Of a DNA stretch of 64,000 bases, positions 18,880 through 29,505 are shown piece by piece. Each line of letters begins with the position of its first letter. Positions within the stretch are counted from its first letter, which is position 1. The translations under genes and the position numbers were made by a program. This stretch comes from Bryobacterales bacterium (lineage in GTDB: Bacteria > Acidobacteriota > Terriglobia > Bryobacterales > UBA6623). Below the pieces are notes generated by a model that worked only from the letters and a program-made list of their open reading frames with translations, had not been told where the DNA came from and ran no database searches. Where the stretch lies: positions 3,117,502 to 3,181,501 of the forward strand of contig OZ252099.1 of assembly GCA_965248305.1 (NCBI GenBank), written 5' to 3'.

Positions 18880-21003
18880 GTGACAGTGGCGGCGGGCATG
18901 ACTTTGACCCACTTGATTGACAACGTGCCACTCTGCATCTGGGTTCTAATCATTTGGCGTAAGGCCAGCCGGGCAGCTTCAGGCCATCGTCCGGCCACCT
19001 GCGGGTGGCGAGCGACTTGGCTTGCACGAAAGCTCACTCAATGCCGCTGCGGCAGGACGCGATTCGCGATCGGGCTGCTGGCAGCAACTCTGTGCGCGCA
19101 CTTGGCCGCCGCCGAACTCACGCGAGTCCGCTACAACAACGAAGGCCTCGAGGTTGACCTGGGCGTGGGGCTCTGGGCGTGGCCGCTGCCGATGGACTTC
19201 GACGGTGACGGCGACCTCGATCTGGTGGTTTCGAGCGGCGGCCTGCCTTACAAGGGGACCTATTTCTTCGAGAATGCAGCTCAGCAGGGTGCTGGGAATC
19301 CGATGCCGACGTTCTTGCCGGGGGTACGCATCGGCGAATACCGCACGAATGCGCAGATTTCCCACAATCAGGGTCACGCCCCAGCCATAACCACTCCGGG
19401 CGAGAGGCACGAGCTGTTCCGCGAGCGATCATTCTCCGAGCCAAGCAAGATCAGCGTCGACACGGAGGCGGTCTACTCTTCGAAGGGACGGATTCGGGCG
19501 AAGCAGTGGAAGCTGGCCGACTGGGAGGGCGATGGCGACCTAGACTTGCTGATCGGCGTGGGTGACTGGGGCGACTACGGCTGGGACGACGCGTTTGACG
19601 AGACAGGCCAGTGGACGAACGGCCCCCTCCACGGCTATGTGTACCTAGCCATCAGTCAGGCAGACGGGACCTATGCCGAACCCCAAAAGCTCACTGCAGG
19701 CGGAACGCCGGTCGATGTCTACGGGATGCCCAGCCCGAACCTGGCCGACTTCGATTCTGACGGAGATCTTGACTTGCTCTGCGGCGAGTTCCTCGACGGA
19801 TTCACCTATTTCGAGAATACGGGCACTCGGAATCAGCCGCGGCTCGCGGCCGGCCGTCGGCTGGAGAGCGACGGAGGGCCACTGGCGATGGACCTACAAA
19901 TGATCACCCCGACCTCACTCGATTGGGATAGAGACGGAGACATCGACCTAATCGTCGGCGATGAGGATGGCCGGGTGGCGTTCGTCGAAAACACTGGTGC
20001 AATCAAGTCTGGACTGCCGATCTTCGCCCGGCCCCGGTATTTTCGGCAACAAGCCGAATTCGTAAAGTTCGGAGCATTGATCACGCCCCAGGGAGTGGAC
20101 TTGGACGCCGACGGTGACGATGACATCGTGGCAGGTAACACGGCCGGCTACATCGGCCTGATCGAGAACCTAGGAGGTTACCCGCCTCGCTTCGCTGCGC
20201 CCAAGCTCGTGCGCGCCGCCGGAGAGGTCATTCGCATCCAAGCGGGGCCGAATGGGTCCATTCAAGGTCCGTGCGAGGCCAAGTGGGGATACACCACGAT
20301 CGGGGTTGCCGATTGGGACGGGGACGGTCTTCTCGATATCGTGGCGAACTCGATCTGGGGACGCATTGTCTGGTACCGCAATGTCGGCACTGCCGAGGAA
20401 CCTCGGTTCGACGCGGAGCGACAAGTTGGCATCGACTGGCAAGGCGAACCGCGTAAGCCGGCTTGGAATTGGTGGCATCCGACCGAGTTCGAAATGGTGA
20501 GCCAGTGGCGCACGCGCCCCGTTCCTGTGGACTGGGATCTCGACGGATTGATGGATTTGGTAATGCTGGACCACCAAGGCTACCTAGCTTGGTTCCGGCG
20601 AGTCGAGCGCGACAAAAGGCTCACCCTACTGCCCGGCGAGAGGATCTTCGAAGCCCTGCCGAGCTCGGAATATGACAATCAGCACCGGGCACAAAACGAC
20701 ACCGCAGGAGTGCTCAGGCTCAACTCGGGCTGGGCCGGTAAGAGCGGCCGTCGCAAAATCGATGTCGTTGACTGGGACGGCGACGGCAGGCTGGACGTGC
20801 TGGTCAACAGCACAAGTGCGAGCTGGATGTGGAACGCCGGCGTCGAAAACGGGCGCGCGCAACTCCACGACAAGGGTCCGCTGTCGGAGACCAAGCTAGC
20901 GGGACACACGTCTAGCCCTACGACCGTGGATTGGGACGGCGACGGACGTCTCGAGCTACTCGTCGGCGCAGAGGACGGCTTCATGTATTGGGCCAAGCCC
21001 TAG
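18880..21003 (+). CDS. FG-GAP/VCBS repeat-containing secreted protein
   Basis: Repeated Ca-binding loops are present: FDGDGDLDLVV, WEGDGDLDLLIG, FDSDGDLDLLCGE, WDRDGDIDLIVGDEDG, LDADGDDDIVAG, WDGDGLLDIV, WDLDGLMDLV, WDGDGRLDVLV, WDGDGRLELLVG. The start is uncertain, since a signal-like segment begins near residue 60. Confidence 0.85.
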   Translation: MTVAAGMTLTHLIDNVPLCIWVLIIWRKASRAASGHRPATCGWRATWLARKLTQCRCGRTRFAIGLLAATLCAHLAAAELTRVRYNNEGLEVDLGVGLWAWPLPMDFDGDGDLDLVVSSGGLPYKGTYFFENAAQQGAGNPMPTFLPGVRIGEYRTNAQISHNQGHAPAITTPGERHELFRERSFSEPSKISVDTEAVYSSKGRIRAKQWKLADWEGDGDLDLLIGVGDWGDYGWDDAFDETGQWTNGPLHGYVYLAISQADGTYAEPQKLTAGGTPVDVYGMPSPNLADFDSDGDLDLLCGEFLDGFTYFENTGTRNQPRLAAGRRLESDGGPLAMDLQMITPTSLDWDRDGDIDLIVGDEDGRVAFVENTGAIKSGLPIFARPRYFRQQAEFVKFGALITPQGVDLDADGDDDIVAGNTAGYIGLIENLGGYPPRFAAPKLVRAAGEVIRIQAGPNGSIQGPCEAKWGYTTIGVADWDGDGLLDIVANSIWGRIVWYRNVGTAEEPRFDAERQVGIDWQGEPRKPAWNWWHPTEFEMVSQWRTRPVPVDWDLDGLMDLVMLDHQGYLAWFRRVERDKRLTLLPGERIFEALPSSEYDNQHRAQNDTAGVLRLNSGWAGKSGRRKIDVVDWDGDGRLDVLVNSTSASWMWNAGVENGRAQLHDKGPLSETKLAGHTSSPTTVDWDGDGRLELLVGAEDGFMYWAKP

Positions 21004-21075
21004 TCGCTGACTGGCCGAAATAGCGAAGATGGTGAGACGCCGGCCAAGCTCGGGGTATTGGGAATCGTCCACCAG

Positions 21076-22602
21076 ATGCTGTTCATAGACCGCCTGCGCG
21101 CGAACTGCCTCACGCATGGCTCCAAGGCCGCGATCATATTCCGTGATGGAGACGCCAGCGAGACCGTCAGCTACGAATCGCTGCTCCGCAGGACAGTTGC
21201 AGCCGCAGCGTGGCTGGCCCAGCACGGTGTGCTTCCGGGAGATCGCGTAGCCGTTTGCCTGCCAAAGAGTCTCGCCGGAGTCGAACTGCACCTAGCGGCG
21301 TGCAGCATGGGCGCCGTCTCAATGCCCCTCAATCCCGCCTACTCGGTGCCGGAGCTCGAATACTTGCTACGGGACTCCGAGGCCAGAGTGCTGATCATCG
21401 GCCGCGATCCGAGCAGGAACGCGATGCCTTCTGACGGGCTTGGCAAGACCAGCACGCCGATGATCCCGATCGACGTGATGCAATTTGCCGGTTCCCTTCC
21501 CGTTCCTGATCAAGCCCAAATTAAAGGTAAGCTTTCACATGATGATCCAGCGTTGATGCTCTACACCAGCGGGACCACCGGCCGGCCGAAGGGCGCGTGC
21601 ATGTCCCATGGCAGTCTCACCGCCAACATGGACATGCTCGGGGACGCATGGCAATGGTCTTCCGAAGATGTGCTCCTGCACGGTCTACCGCTGTACCACG
21701 TACACGGGCTGCTCGTCGCCCTGCACGGTGCATTGCACGCCGGCGCGACAAGCATCGTGCATTCGTCGTTCAAGGCAGAATCGATCCTCCGGGATCTCGA
21801 AGACGGAGCATGCACGGTATTCATGGCTGTGCCGACGATGTATCGCCGCATCTTGGCTAGCCTCGGGGATAGGCGGGTCGACTTGCGGCACATGCGGCTC
21901 CTCACATCCGGATCAGATCGCCTTCCGATCGAAGTGTTCGAGGCTATCGAACACCAGCTAGGGCATCGCGTGGTCGAGCGCTATGGCATGACCGAAACAG
22001 GAATCATGCTGTCAAACCCGATCGAAGGGGACAGGGTTCCGGGGCAAGTCGGCCTGCCGCTGTCAGGCGTGCAGATGCGGATCGTGGATCAGGAAACCGC
22101 CTCGCCAGTGGGAACGGGCGTTGTCGGGGAGTTTCAGACCAAGGGGCCGCACTTGTTCTCGGGCTACTGGCGCGATCCGGAAAAGACCCAGCGCTGCTTC
22201 ACCGAGGACGGCTGGTTTCGAACAGGTGACCTGGGCCAGCAGGACGGGCGTGGCCGATTCGAACTCAAAGGCCGCACCACCGACCTGATCATCAGCGGCG
22301 GATTCAACGTCTATCCCACTGAAGTGGAACACGTGCTTGCCCGACATGTTGCGGTGGAACAATGCGCGGTCGTTGGCGTCCCCGACGCGGAGTGGGGCGA
22401 AGCTGTGACAGCTTTTGTCGTCCGCAAGAATGCGGACATCACCGACGGGGAATTGGTCCGCCACTGTCGAGCGTCTCTGGCGAGCTACAAATCGCCCAAG
22501 CATGTGGTCTTCGTCGAAGACCTTCCCCGTAACGCCATGGGCAAGGTTCGGAAGACAGTGCTCAGCAGGATGTCAGCAGGACCGGCTGAAGGCCGGTCCT
22601 AA
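21076..22602 (+). CDS. AMP-dependent acyl-CoA synthetase/ligase
   Basis: Contains the AMP-binding motif LYTSGTTGRPKGACMSH, then YGMTETG, GDLG..D..G, and a C-terminal PRNAMGKVRK. The track ORF starts at TTG 21058; ATG 21076 (MLFIDRL) is more likely. Confidence 0.9.
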   Translation: MLFIDRLRANCLTHGSKAAIIFRDGDASETVSYESLLRRTVAAAAWLAQHGVLPGDRVAVCLPKSLAGVELHLAACSMGAVSMPLNPAYSVPELEYLLRDSEARVLIIGRDPSRNAMPSDGLGKTSTPMIPIDVMQFAGSLPVPDQAQIKGKLSHDDPALMLYTSGTTGRPKGACMSHGSLTANMDMLGDAWQWSSEDVLLHGLPLYHVHGLLVALHGALHAGATSIVHSSFKAESILRDLEDGACTVFMAVPTMYRRILASLGDRRVDLRHMRLLTSGSDRLPIEVFEAIEHQLGHRVVERYGMTETGIMLSNPIEGDRVPGQVGLPLSGVQMRIVDQETASPVGTGVVGEFQTKGPHLFSGYWRDPEKTQRCFTEDGWFRTGDLGQQDGRGRFELKGRTTDLIISGGFNVYPTEVEHVLARHVAVEQCAVVGVPDAEWGEAVTAFVVRKNADITDGELVRHCRASLASYKSPKHVVFVEDLPRNAMGKVRKTVLSRMSAGPAEGRS

Positions 22603-22615
22603 CGGCTGCCAGCCC

Positions 22616-25600
22616 TCAATTGGACTCTACAAAGATTGGCGAGGACCAAGCCACCTCACCCTCCTTGCCCGGCTCCTCGGCGCTATAGCTTTGAATGACG
22701 CGGAGATAGTAAAAGCTCTCGCGGGGATTCGGCCGCGGACGGATCCCTGTTTCCGGGCGCGACCAATCTGTGATCGTCGCGGTCGGGCCCATCGACGAAT
22801 CCCCGAATTCCGAATCGGTGTACTGGAACTCTACTTCGCGCGCACCCTCCCCTTGATACGTGTAGACCGCGCGGTTATTCTTGACCACCTCTACTTTCAA
22901 GATCGGGCCCGTGCCCCGTACGCGAACGTCAAAGACTGGCGCCTCTGAGGACCTGATGACAGATCCCTGATGCACACCCGCCGTATGGAAGTCGACGGCG
23001 AGGTTGTCCGTCGATGCGTACGTGCGCCGATTCCGGAAGGCATCCAGCAGGTCCTCCCTGGTTGTCACGCCGTCGGGAACGATCAGGTTGGCATACGAGA
23101 TGTGCGTGGAAAAATGGTCGCTCGAGGCGATGAAGCCCATGCGATACCCCACGCCCAGGGCGTTCTGCACCAACCCTCTCTGGTGAGGCGGTCGGCCAGC
23201 CCCACCGGGCCCAGTGGATTCGGGAGTCGCCGCCCTCGGGCCGCCCTGGGTCTCGTATGAATTCCTGTCGCCCTGATAAATCTCGGTCACAGGGATCACT
23301 TCGTCATCCCTGCGCTTCCAGTCGGTGCCCATGGTGGTCGCCGGAGTGTGCGGAATGCCGATACCGCCTGTGCGGCGCAGGTATGCCCACAGCTGCGGAG
23401 GATCGTCGTCGATCAATTCAGCTTTCTCGCGGACATGGAGTCGGGGAACCCGCAAACTGAACACGCCCCGCTGCGCATGAAAGATGTTGCGATGCCCCAA
23501 GGGGAAGTTCAGCGTCCGCTCGTAGCCATAGAGCGGGGTGAAGCGGCCGGGCACATGGAAGAGGTCGGCCGACTTCTGGGTCCTCCAGAATTGGAATGCG
23601 TTGTCTGACTGCGGGTAGTCCGGCTCGTCGGTGTCAAGCCACTGGCCATAGTTGTGATCGCTCACTCCGAGGAAATCGAGTTGCGCCGCGTTCAGAGCGT
23701 AGCGATACGCGTCATACAGGGATCCGTCGATCGCGCCATCCATCGAGATCTCGGTGTGGCGGTGCAAGTCGCCCCGCACAACCTTCCAGCTCTTCCCTCC
23801 CACGTCTACGCGGTGCCCGCGAATGCGTTCGATGTCCGCCGTCTCATCCGGATGCGTCGGGCGGTAGCCGACCGCCTCGCTGGGCTGGAACGGTTCCAGT
23901 CGGGCCGGTCCGCGCGCCCCTTTGATATAGCGACCATCAATCCGCATCACCGAAATGTCGTTTCGTCTGGGCAAGCCTACCGGCATGCGGCGCCCGTCGC
24001 CAACGACGGCTGCAAACAGAGAGCCGCCGTCAGCCGCAACAGCGCTGACCAGCGCGTCTTGCCGACCTGTGCTGCCGGTAAGGAGAATCGGCGTAATCCA
24101 CGCGTCTGCGGCCCACGTGGTGGCGTAAGAGTCGAAGAAGTGCCCGCCGAAGCGTCCCGTCGCGCGCCACTGGTGGCGCAAGAGAACCCACACGTCTCCG
24201 TCGGCATCCACGGCAAGCCTTGGATTCTGAAACAATTCCTTCCGCAAGTAGGCCGCCGCCGCCGCCGTCACCGGCCGGCTCGGCTGGCTCCACTGGCCGT
24301 CCGCAAAGACAGCGATTCGCGGGGTGCGCGCACCCTTGGGGTCGTACAGCCGAGAACCCTGCTTGAGATTGATGCGTTGGCGCGGGTTCTGGTGGCCGAA
24401 ATCCTTGCCCCAGTTCTGCGAGCCCTCCTCCCAAGCAACCCAAACACGGTCCGCTCCGTCGACAGCCACGTCTGCCTTCATCTCGGCGAACGGAGTGGCG
24501 GACACTTCTACGATGTCCCCCGTGTCGTCGCCGGAAACAGCTCGGACTAGCAGGTCGTACCCCATCGTGCGATAGGCATCCCAAGCCACCCAAGCTCGGC
24601 CCTTCGAATCCACTGCGACGGAGGGCTCCCAGTCGTCTTCCGCCGAGTCGCTCAGGTTCGCTTCCGGCCCCCATGTACTGCCATCGAAGCGGCGCATCAG
24701 GATATCGCTTTGCGGCGGGCCAGCTCCCGGCGCATCTCTGAATCCGGACCAAACCACGTAAATCCCTCCGTCTGCAGCGCTTGCGACATCGTGAAAGGTA
24801 TCGGGGCGTGGGTCGTCGCTCAAGCGGATCGCAGACGACCACCCTGAATCCTCAAGGCTCCTCGCATAGATGTCGAAATTTCCCGTGCCTAGATCCTCCT
24901 GCAGTCCGTAAACGCACCAAACCCGTCCGCGGCCATCCTCTGCCAAGCTGACCCGGAAATGGTCCCCCGGCGGTGTAACGGCCGTCGGCGCAGACCAGAT
25001 CCGACCATCTGAACTCCGCGCGACCAAGACTTGATCCGCACCGTCGAGGTAATCACCTTCGCGACGCAGCGTCCGAAACGAGACCCATGCCAGCCAGTAT
25101 TCGCCACTACGGGTCCGCAGCATCGCGGGGTCATCATCTTCGGATTCGTTCGACGAAACCACCAGCGCATCCGGCACCCGCTCGATCGTCACATCGCCGC
25201 CTAGGCCGGGTGGGCTGTAGATCTCGCCGTAAGGCACGTCTGCGGGGGTGAAAGTCGTGTCTCCGCGACGAGTGAAGAACTGGAAAGGAACCATCTCAGG
25301 GCCGTTCAGGGACAGGATCACACCCGGCGCAGCCACGTCGTTGCCGACCGATTGCGTCAGGATGTCCCATCTGTCGGGGGGCCGCAGTTGGTCATCATCG
25401 TGCAGGTGCCAGCCGAGCATCCCACGGAGGCGGGGCGTATCCGGGACACCACCGTTCCAGACTCGTCCGTGGCCGCGGGCCTGGGTGGAGAAGGTGATTT
25501 TGAACGCCGGTCCGGCCATGGCAGAACCACCGACGGCTACCAAGAGCACGGCCAGCGCAGCCCAGCGCTGGGCTGCGCACGCTCGACGCAGCGCCGCTCT

Positions 25601-25675
25601 CCCGCCCAACTGCGTTGTTTCGAATACGTTCAGTCCTGTCAGTATCACGTTCGCACCGAAACAGAATGGTCGCAC
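22616..25675 (-). CDS. Large secreted protein: N-terminal beta-propeller-like repeats plus a C-terminal metal-dependent phosphoesterase-like (PHP/DUF3604-type) region
   Basis: 1019 aa with a signal peptide. W-rich strand motifs recur (YWLAWVSF, VWCVYG, IYVVWSGF, AWVAWDAY, VWVAWEEG, VWVLLRH). The C-terminal half has GDLHRHTEISMDG...LGVSDHNYG, an HxH metal-site pattern. The functional call is tentative. Confidence 0.55.
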   Translation of the reverse strand: MRPFCFGANVILTGLNVFETTQLGGRAALRRACAAQRWAALAVLLVAVGGSAMAGPAFKITFSTQARGHGRVWNGGVPDTPRLRGMLGWHLHDDDQLRPPDRWDILTQSVGNDVAAPGVILSLNGPEMVPFQFFTRRGDTTFTPADVPYGEIYSPPGLGGDVTIERVPDALVVSSNESEDDDPAMLRTRSGEYWLAWVSFRTLRREGDYLDGADQVLVARSSDGRIWSAPTAVTPPGDHFRVSLAEDGRGRVWCVYGLQEDLGTGNFDIYARSLEDSGWSSAIRLSDDPRPDTFHDVASAADGGIYVVWSGFRDAPGAGPPQSDILMRRFDGSTWGPEANLSDSAEDDWEPSVAVDSKGRAWVAWDAYRTMGYDLLVRAVSGDDTGDIVEVSATPFAEMKADVAVDGADRVWVAWEEGSQNWGKDFGHQNPRQRINLKQGSRLYDPKGARTPRIAVFADGQWSQPSRPVTAAAAAYLRKELFQNPRLAVDADGDVWVLLRHQWRATGRFGGHFFDSYATTWAADAWITPILLTGSTGRQDALVSAVAADGGSLFAAVVGDGRRMPVGLPRRNDISVMRIDGRYIKGARGPARLEPFQPSEAVGYRPTHPDETADIERIRGHRVDVGGKSWKVVRGDLHRHTEISMDGAIDGSLYDAYRYALNAAQLDFLGVSDHNYGQWLDTDEPDYPQSDNAFQFWRTQKSADLFHVPGRFTPLYGYERTLNFPLGHRNIFHAQRGVFSLRVPRLHVREKAELIDDDPPQLWAYLRRTGGIGIPHTPATTMGTDWKRRDDEVIPVTEIYQGDRNSYETQGGPRAATPESTGPGGAGRPPHQRGLVQNALGVGYRMGFIASSDHFSTHISYANLIVPDGVTTREDLLDAFRNRRTYASTDNLAVDFHTAGVHQGSVIRSSEAPVFDVRVRGTGPILKVEVVKNNRAVYTYQGEGAREVEFQYTDSEFGDSSMGPTATITDWSRPETGIRPRPNPRESFYYLRVIQSYSAEEPGKEGEVAWSSPIFVESN

Positions 25676-25798
25676 AGTCGAGCACGATCCTGCCTTTGGC
25701 AGCGACAGATCCGCTTGACATGCATTGATCTTACGAACGAATATATATGGAACAAATCAGATCATGATATAGAATCATAAAGAAAGTGGAGCGAATCA
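25676..25798. promoter_or_regulatory. AT-rich divergent intergenic region with a Shine-Dalgarno for the helicase gene
   Basis: One of the few clearly AT-rich stretches (..ATATATATGGAACAAATCAGATCATGATATAGAATCATAAAGAAAG..). GGAG at 25788-25791 lies 7 nt before ATG 25799. TTGACA at 25715-25720 and TGATATAGA around 25765-25773 are promoter-like, but their spacing is not canonical. Confidence 0.35.
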
Positions 25799-28189
25799 AT
25801 GGAAACACAAACTGAACCAACTCTGGACACCATGCAGCCACATGGCGCGATTGTCCAGCAACCACGGAGTCCGATTAGGTCCCGCGACAACTCGCTCGGG
25901 GGCGTAATCGCGCGCTTTGAAGCCCTGCATCAGGGAACCGACTCGTCAGTTGCAGCCATTCGGACGCAGCCAGCCCGCGATGCAAGATTCACAGACTGCC
26001 CCGATTCGATCGACCCGCGATTGCGGGCAGCTCTGGCGGCCAAAGGCATTGAGCGTCTCTACATTCACCAAGCACAGAGCTTCGAGAAGATCTCGGCGTC
26101 CGAGAACGTTGTTGTCGTCACGCCGACCGCCAGCGGGAAGACGCTGTGCTACAACCTGCCCGTCCTGAACGCAGTCGCCTCGGATGCGTCGGCCTGTGCG
26201 CTGTATCTGTTCCCCACCAAGGCATTGGCGGTGGACCAGTTGGAAGAGTTCAACCTGCTCGGCGACGCACTGGGGCCCGACATACGGGCCTACACCTACG
26301 ACGGCGACACGCCTTCGGATGCGCGCCGAGCCATCCGCCGGCGAGCCAATGTCGTGCTCAGCAACCCGGACATGCTGCACTCGGGCCTGCTGCCGCATCA
26401 CACTCGCTGGGCGCGTTTCTTCGAGCACCTGCAGTTCATCGTGATTGATGAGTTGCACACATACCGCGGAGTCTTCGGCAGCCATCTCGCCAATGTGTTG
26501 CGCCGGCTCAAGCGTATCGCGGCATTCTACGGTTCCAAGCCCCAGTTCGTTTGCTGTTCCGCCACCATCGCCAACCCCAAAGAGCTTGCCCAGAACCTAA
26601 CCGAAGAGCTGTTTGCCCTTGTCGATGACAACGGCGCACCATCTGGCGAGAAGCATTTCGTCTTCTACAACCCGCCCGTCGTCAACCAGCAGCTCGGTAT
26701 CCGGCGCAGCTACATCAACGAGGCCCGCCGCATGGCCGAGATCTTTCTCGAGCGGGGGCGTCAGACCCTCGTGTTTGCGAACAACCGCCTTGCTACCGAA
26801 GTGCTGACCCGCTACTTGAAGGAGGCCCTTGGCCGCCGGGCCGGAAAGTCCGCGTCGGTGCGCGGGTATCGCGGGGGCTATCTACCCCAAGAGCGGCGAG
26901 AAATCGAGCGCCAGCTCCGCAGCGGGGAGGTTTTGGGCGTGGTCGCCACGAATGCGCTGGAACTCGGGATCGACGTCGGCTCGCTCGACGCCGTTGTGCT
27001 CGCCGGCTATCCGGGCTCGATTTCATCCACGTGGCAGCGGGCCGGACGGGCGGGACGCCGCAACGACTCTTCGATCGCCGTACTCGTCGCTTCATCGGCA
27101 CCGCTGGACCAGTATGTCGTGGAGCATCCCGAGTACTTCTTCGAAGCGTCTCCAGAACACGCCTACGTGAATCCGGACAACCTTGAGATCCTCGTGAGCC
27201 ATCTCAAGTGCGCGGCATTCGAGCTGCCTGTCCAAGACGGTGAGGCATTCGGGCCGCACGCGACCGGCGAGCTGTGCGCGTTCTTGGAGGAGTCCGGCGT
27301 GGTCCATCACGCAGGCAACGCCTGGCACTGGACTTCAGAAGCCTACCCGGCTGACGCGATCAGCCTGCGCAAGGTCACCAGCGACAACTTCGTCGTCGTT
27401 GACATCAGTGCCGCGTCCAAGGTGATCGGAGAGGTTGCCTTCCCCGCCGCCCTCACAAGCCTGCACGAAAAAGCGATCTACATGCACGAGGGGCGCCTGT
27501 ACCATGTCGAGCGATTCGAGTACGACGAGCGCAAGGCATATGTCAAGCAAGTCGACTGTGGCTACTACACCGACGCCATCGAACACGTCCAGGTGGAGCC
27601 GCTCGAGGGCTTCGACGACGACCGCTTGGGACCCTCGGTCGCAAGCCACGGAGAGGTCCGGATCACACGCCGCGTCGTTGGATTCAAGAAGATCCGTTTC
27701 CATACCAACGAGAACGTCGGAGACGGCAAGCTCTCGCTTCCGGAGCAGGAGATGCACACCACGGCCTTCTGGCTCCATTTCCCGACAGATTTCCTAGCTT
27801 CGCTGAGTTATTCAAGCACCGAGAGGAGGGACGGTCTGCTCGGGCTTGGCAACGTGCTGCGCACGGTCGGCGCACTCATGTTGATGTGCGATGCACGAGA
27901 CCTCGGCGTATCCGGCCTGAACTCCCAATCCGGCCCGGACGCGCTGCTGGACCCAGAGATCTTCCTTTACGACAACTATCCCGGCGGCATCGGCCAAAGC
28001 GAGCCGCTATTCCGGTTGCGGGAGTCACTGGGCGCGAAGGCCGGGGAATTGCTGGAATCCTGCCCCTGCTCGTCAGGCTGCCCCAGCTGTGTGGGTGCTC
28101 CCGGCGAGGTGGGTGCGAAGGCCAAGGAGGTGGCTCTGCTGCTGGCAAAGGCCCTCAGCCAAGAGCAGCCTGCGCAGGCCACGGCATGA
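25799..28189 (+). CDS. DEAD/DEAH-box helicase with a C-terminal DUF1998 (MrfA zinc-binding) domain, MrfA/YprA-like
   Basis: 796 aa. Motif I is VTPTASGKT and motif II is IVIDELHTY (DExH). Motif VI is QRAGRAGRR. The C-terminal 4-Cys cluster is CPCSSGCPSCV. Confidence 0.85.
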   Translation: METQTEPTLDTMQPHGAIVQQPRSPIRSRDNSLGGVIARFEALHQGTDSSVAAIRTQPARDARFTDCPDSIDPRLRAALAAKGIERLYIHQAQSFEKISASENVVVVTPTASGKTLCYNLPVLNAVASDASACALYLFPTKALAVDQLEEFNLLGDALGPDIRAYTYDGDTPSDARRAIRRRANVVLSNPDMLHSGLLPHHTRWARFFEHLQFIVIDELHTYRGVFGSHLANVLRRLKRIAAFYGSKPQFVCCSATIANPKELAQNLTEELFALVDDNGAPSGEKHFVFYNPPVVNQQLGIRRSYINEARRMAEIFLERGRQTLVFANNRLATEVLTRYLKEALGRRAGKSASVRGYRGGYLPQERREIERQLRSGEVLGVVATNALELGIDVGSLDAVVLAGYPGSISSTWQRAGRAGRRNDSSIAVLVASSAPLDQYVVEHPEYFFEASPEHAYVNPDNLEILVSHLKCAAFELPVQDGEAFGPHATGELCAFLEESGVVHHAGNAWHWTSEAYPADAISLRKVTSDNFVVVDISAASKVIGEVAFPAALTSLHEKAIYMHEGRLYHVERFEYDERKAYVKQVDCGYYTDAIEHVQVEPLEGFDDDRLGPSVASHGEVRITRRVVGFKKIRFHTNENVGDGKLSLPEQEMHTTAFWLHFPTDFLASLSYSSTERRDGLLGLGNVLRTVGALMLMCDARDLGVSGLNSQSGPDALLDPEIFLYDNYPGGIGQSEPLFRLRESLGAKAGELLESCPCSSGCPSCVGAPGEVGAKAKEVALLLAKALSQEQPAQATA

Positions 28190-28209
28190 GCGAGCGTTGA
28201 GAGGAAACC

Positions 28210-29505
28210 ATGCAAGCCATCTCACAACCTGACATCGAATCGTTGCGGCGGCGCATCAATCGGCACATCGAGCCATCCAGCGGAGCTGCGCTGCGGTCGG
28301 CTCATGTGCAGGTGCGGACGCCGCAGCGTCCGCAGTTAGCCATCGAAGGCGAGGAACAGGTGACATCCCTGGGGCGGTTCCTATTGCAAGGGCACTTCTA
28401 CCCCAACTCGCGATCCCATGGGAGCCTGCCCATCAGTCGCCTGCAGTCCATGCCCGCCCATGCGATTGGCGCCGTCTCCGACGACGATGTACAGTCGAGC
28501 GATCCCAAGCGATGGATCTTCCTGGATACGGAGACGACCGGATTGGCCGGCGGCACCGGCACCTGCGCATTCCTGGTCGGCGTTGGCATGATCGAGGCTG
28601 ACGGCTTTCGGGTACAGCTCTTCTTCATGCGCGACTTTGACGAGGAGCCGGCCATGCTGCAGGCGCTCGCCCAGCATCTGTCCGGCTACGACACCGTCAT
28701 CACTTTCAACGGCAAGGCCTATGATGTGCCCCTGCTTGAGACGCGCTATCGACTCAAGCGCCAGCGAAATCCGTTCGCGCGCATGGGCCACGTAGATCTG
28801 CTGCACCCCGCGCGACGCCTATGGAAGGACCGCCTGCCCGACTGCCGCCTCTCCACTGTGGAATCAGAGGTCCTAGGTGTCGAGCGGCAAGGTGACGTGC
28901 CGGGGGCACTCATCCCGCAGCGTTATTTCGACCATTTGCGCACCGGCGATGCTGCTGGCCTGGGCCCGGTGTTCCACCACAACGTCTTGGACATCGTTTC
29001 TCTCGCCTGCCTCGGCTCAGTCCTGTTGACCTACCTCGACGCTCCGGAAAAGGCGCCGCTGCAACACGGCGAGGACCTGCGCGGCCTCGCCCGCTGGGTG
29101 AGCAAGCTCGGAGACGACATCCAGGCCTTGGAGCTCTATCGCAAGGCCATCCAAGCAGGCCTCCCCGCCAGCGGCCTGTTCCCCGCCCTGTGGGAGAGCG
29201 CGCAGATGGAGCGGCGGGCTGGCCACCACAGCGCCCAGGTTCAGCTACTGCGCGACCTGTCGCGGGTCAGCAACATCTATCGGGCCGCCGCTTTTGTGGA
29301 ACTCGCCAAGCATTACGAGCACCGCGAGAAAGATCTTGAACGCGCGCTGCAAATGACTCGCAGCGCCCAGCGCTACGCGCCATCAGATGAACTGCATCAC
29401 CGTGAGCTCAGGATCCAGCGCAAGATGAAGCTTGCGCCCCAGCCCTCCGATACGGCGGCCGCGGCCGCCAGCGATGGCGGATCAGACTCGCGCGTCGCCA
29501 GCTAG
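28210..29505 (+). CDS. RNase H-fold (DEDD) exonuclease with a helical/TPR-like C-terminal region, MrfB/YprB-like
   Basis: 431 aa with IFLDTETTGLAGGTGTCAFLVGVG (ExoI motif), ITFNGKAYDVPLL and HHNVLDIVSL. It starts 20 nt downstream of the helicase stop. Confidence 0.8.
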   Translation: MQAISQPDIESLRRRINRHIEPSSGAALRSAHVQVRTPQRPQLAIEGEEQVTSLGRFLLQGHFYPNSRSHGSLPISRLQSMPAHAIGAVSDDDVQSSDPKRWIFLDTETTGLAGGTGTCAFLVGVGMIEADGFRVQLFFMRDFDEEPAMLQALAQHLSGYDTVITFNGKAYDVPLLETRYRLKRQRNPFARMGHVDLLHPARRLWKDRLPDCRLSTVESEVLGVERQGDVPGALIPQRYFDHLRTGDAAGLGPVFHHNVLDIVSLACLGSVLLTYLDAPEKAPLQHGEDLRGLARWVSKLGDDIQALELYRKAIQAGLPASGLFPALWESAQMERRAGHHSAQVQLLRDLSRVSNIYRAAAFVELAKHYEHREKDLERALQMTRSAQRYAPSDELHHRELRIQRKMKLAPQPSDTAAAAASDGGSDSRVAS

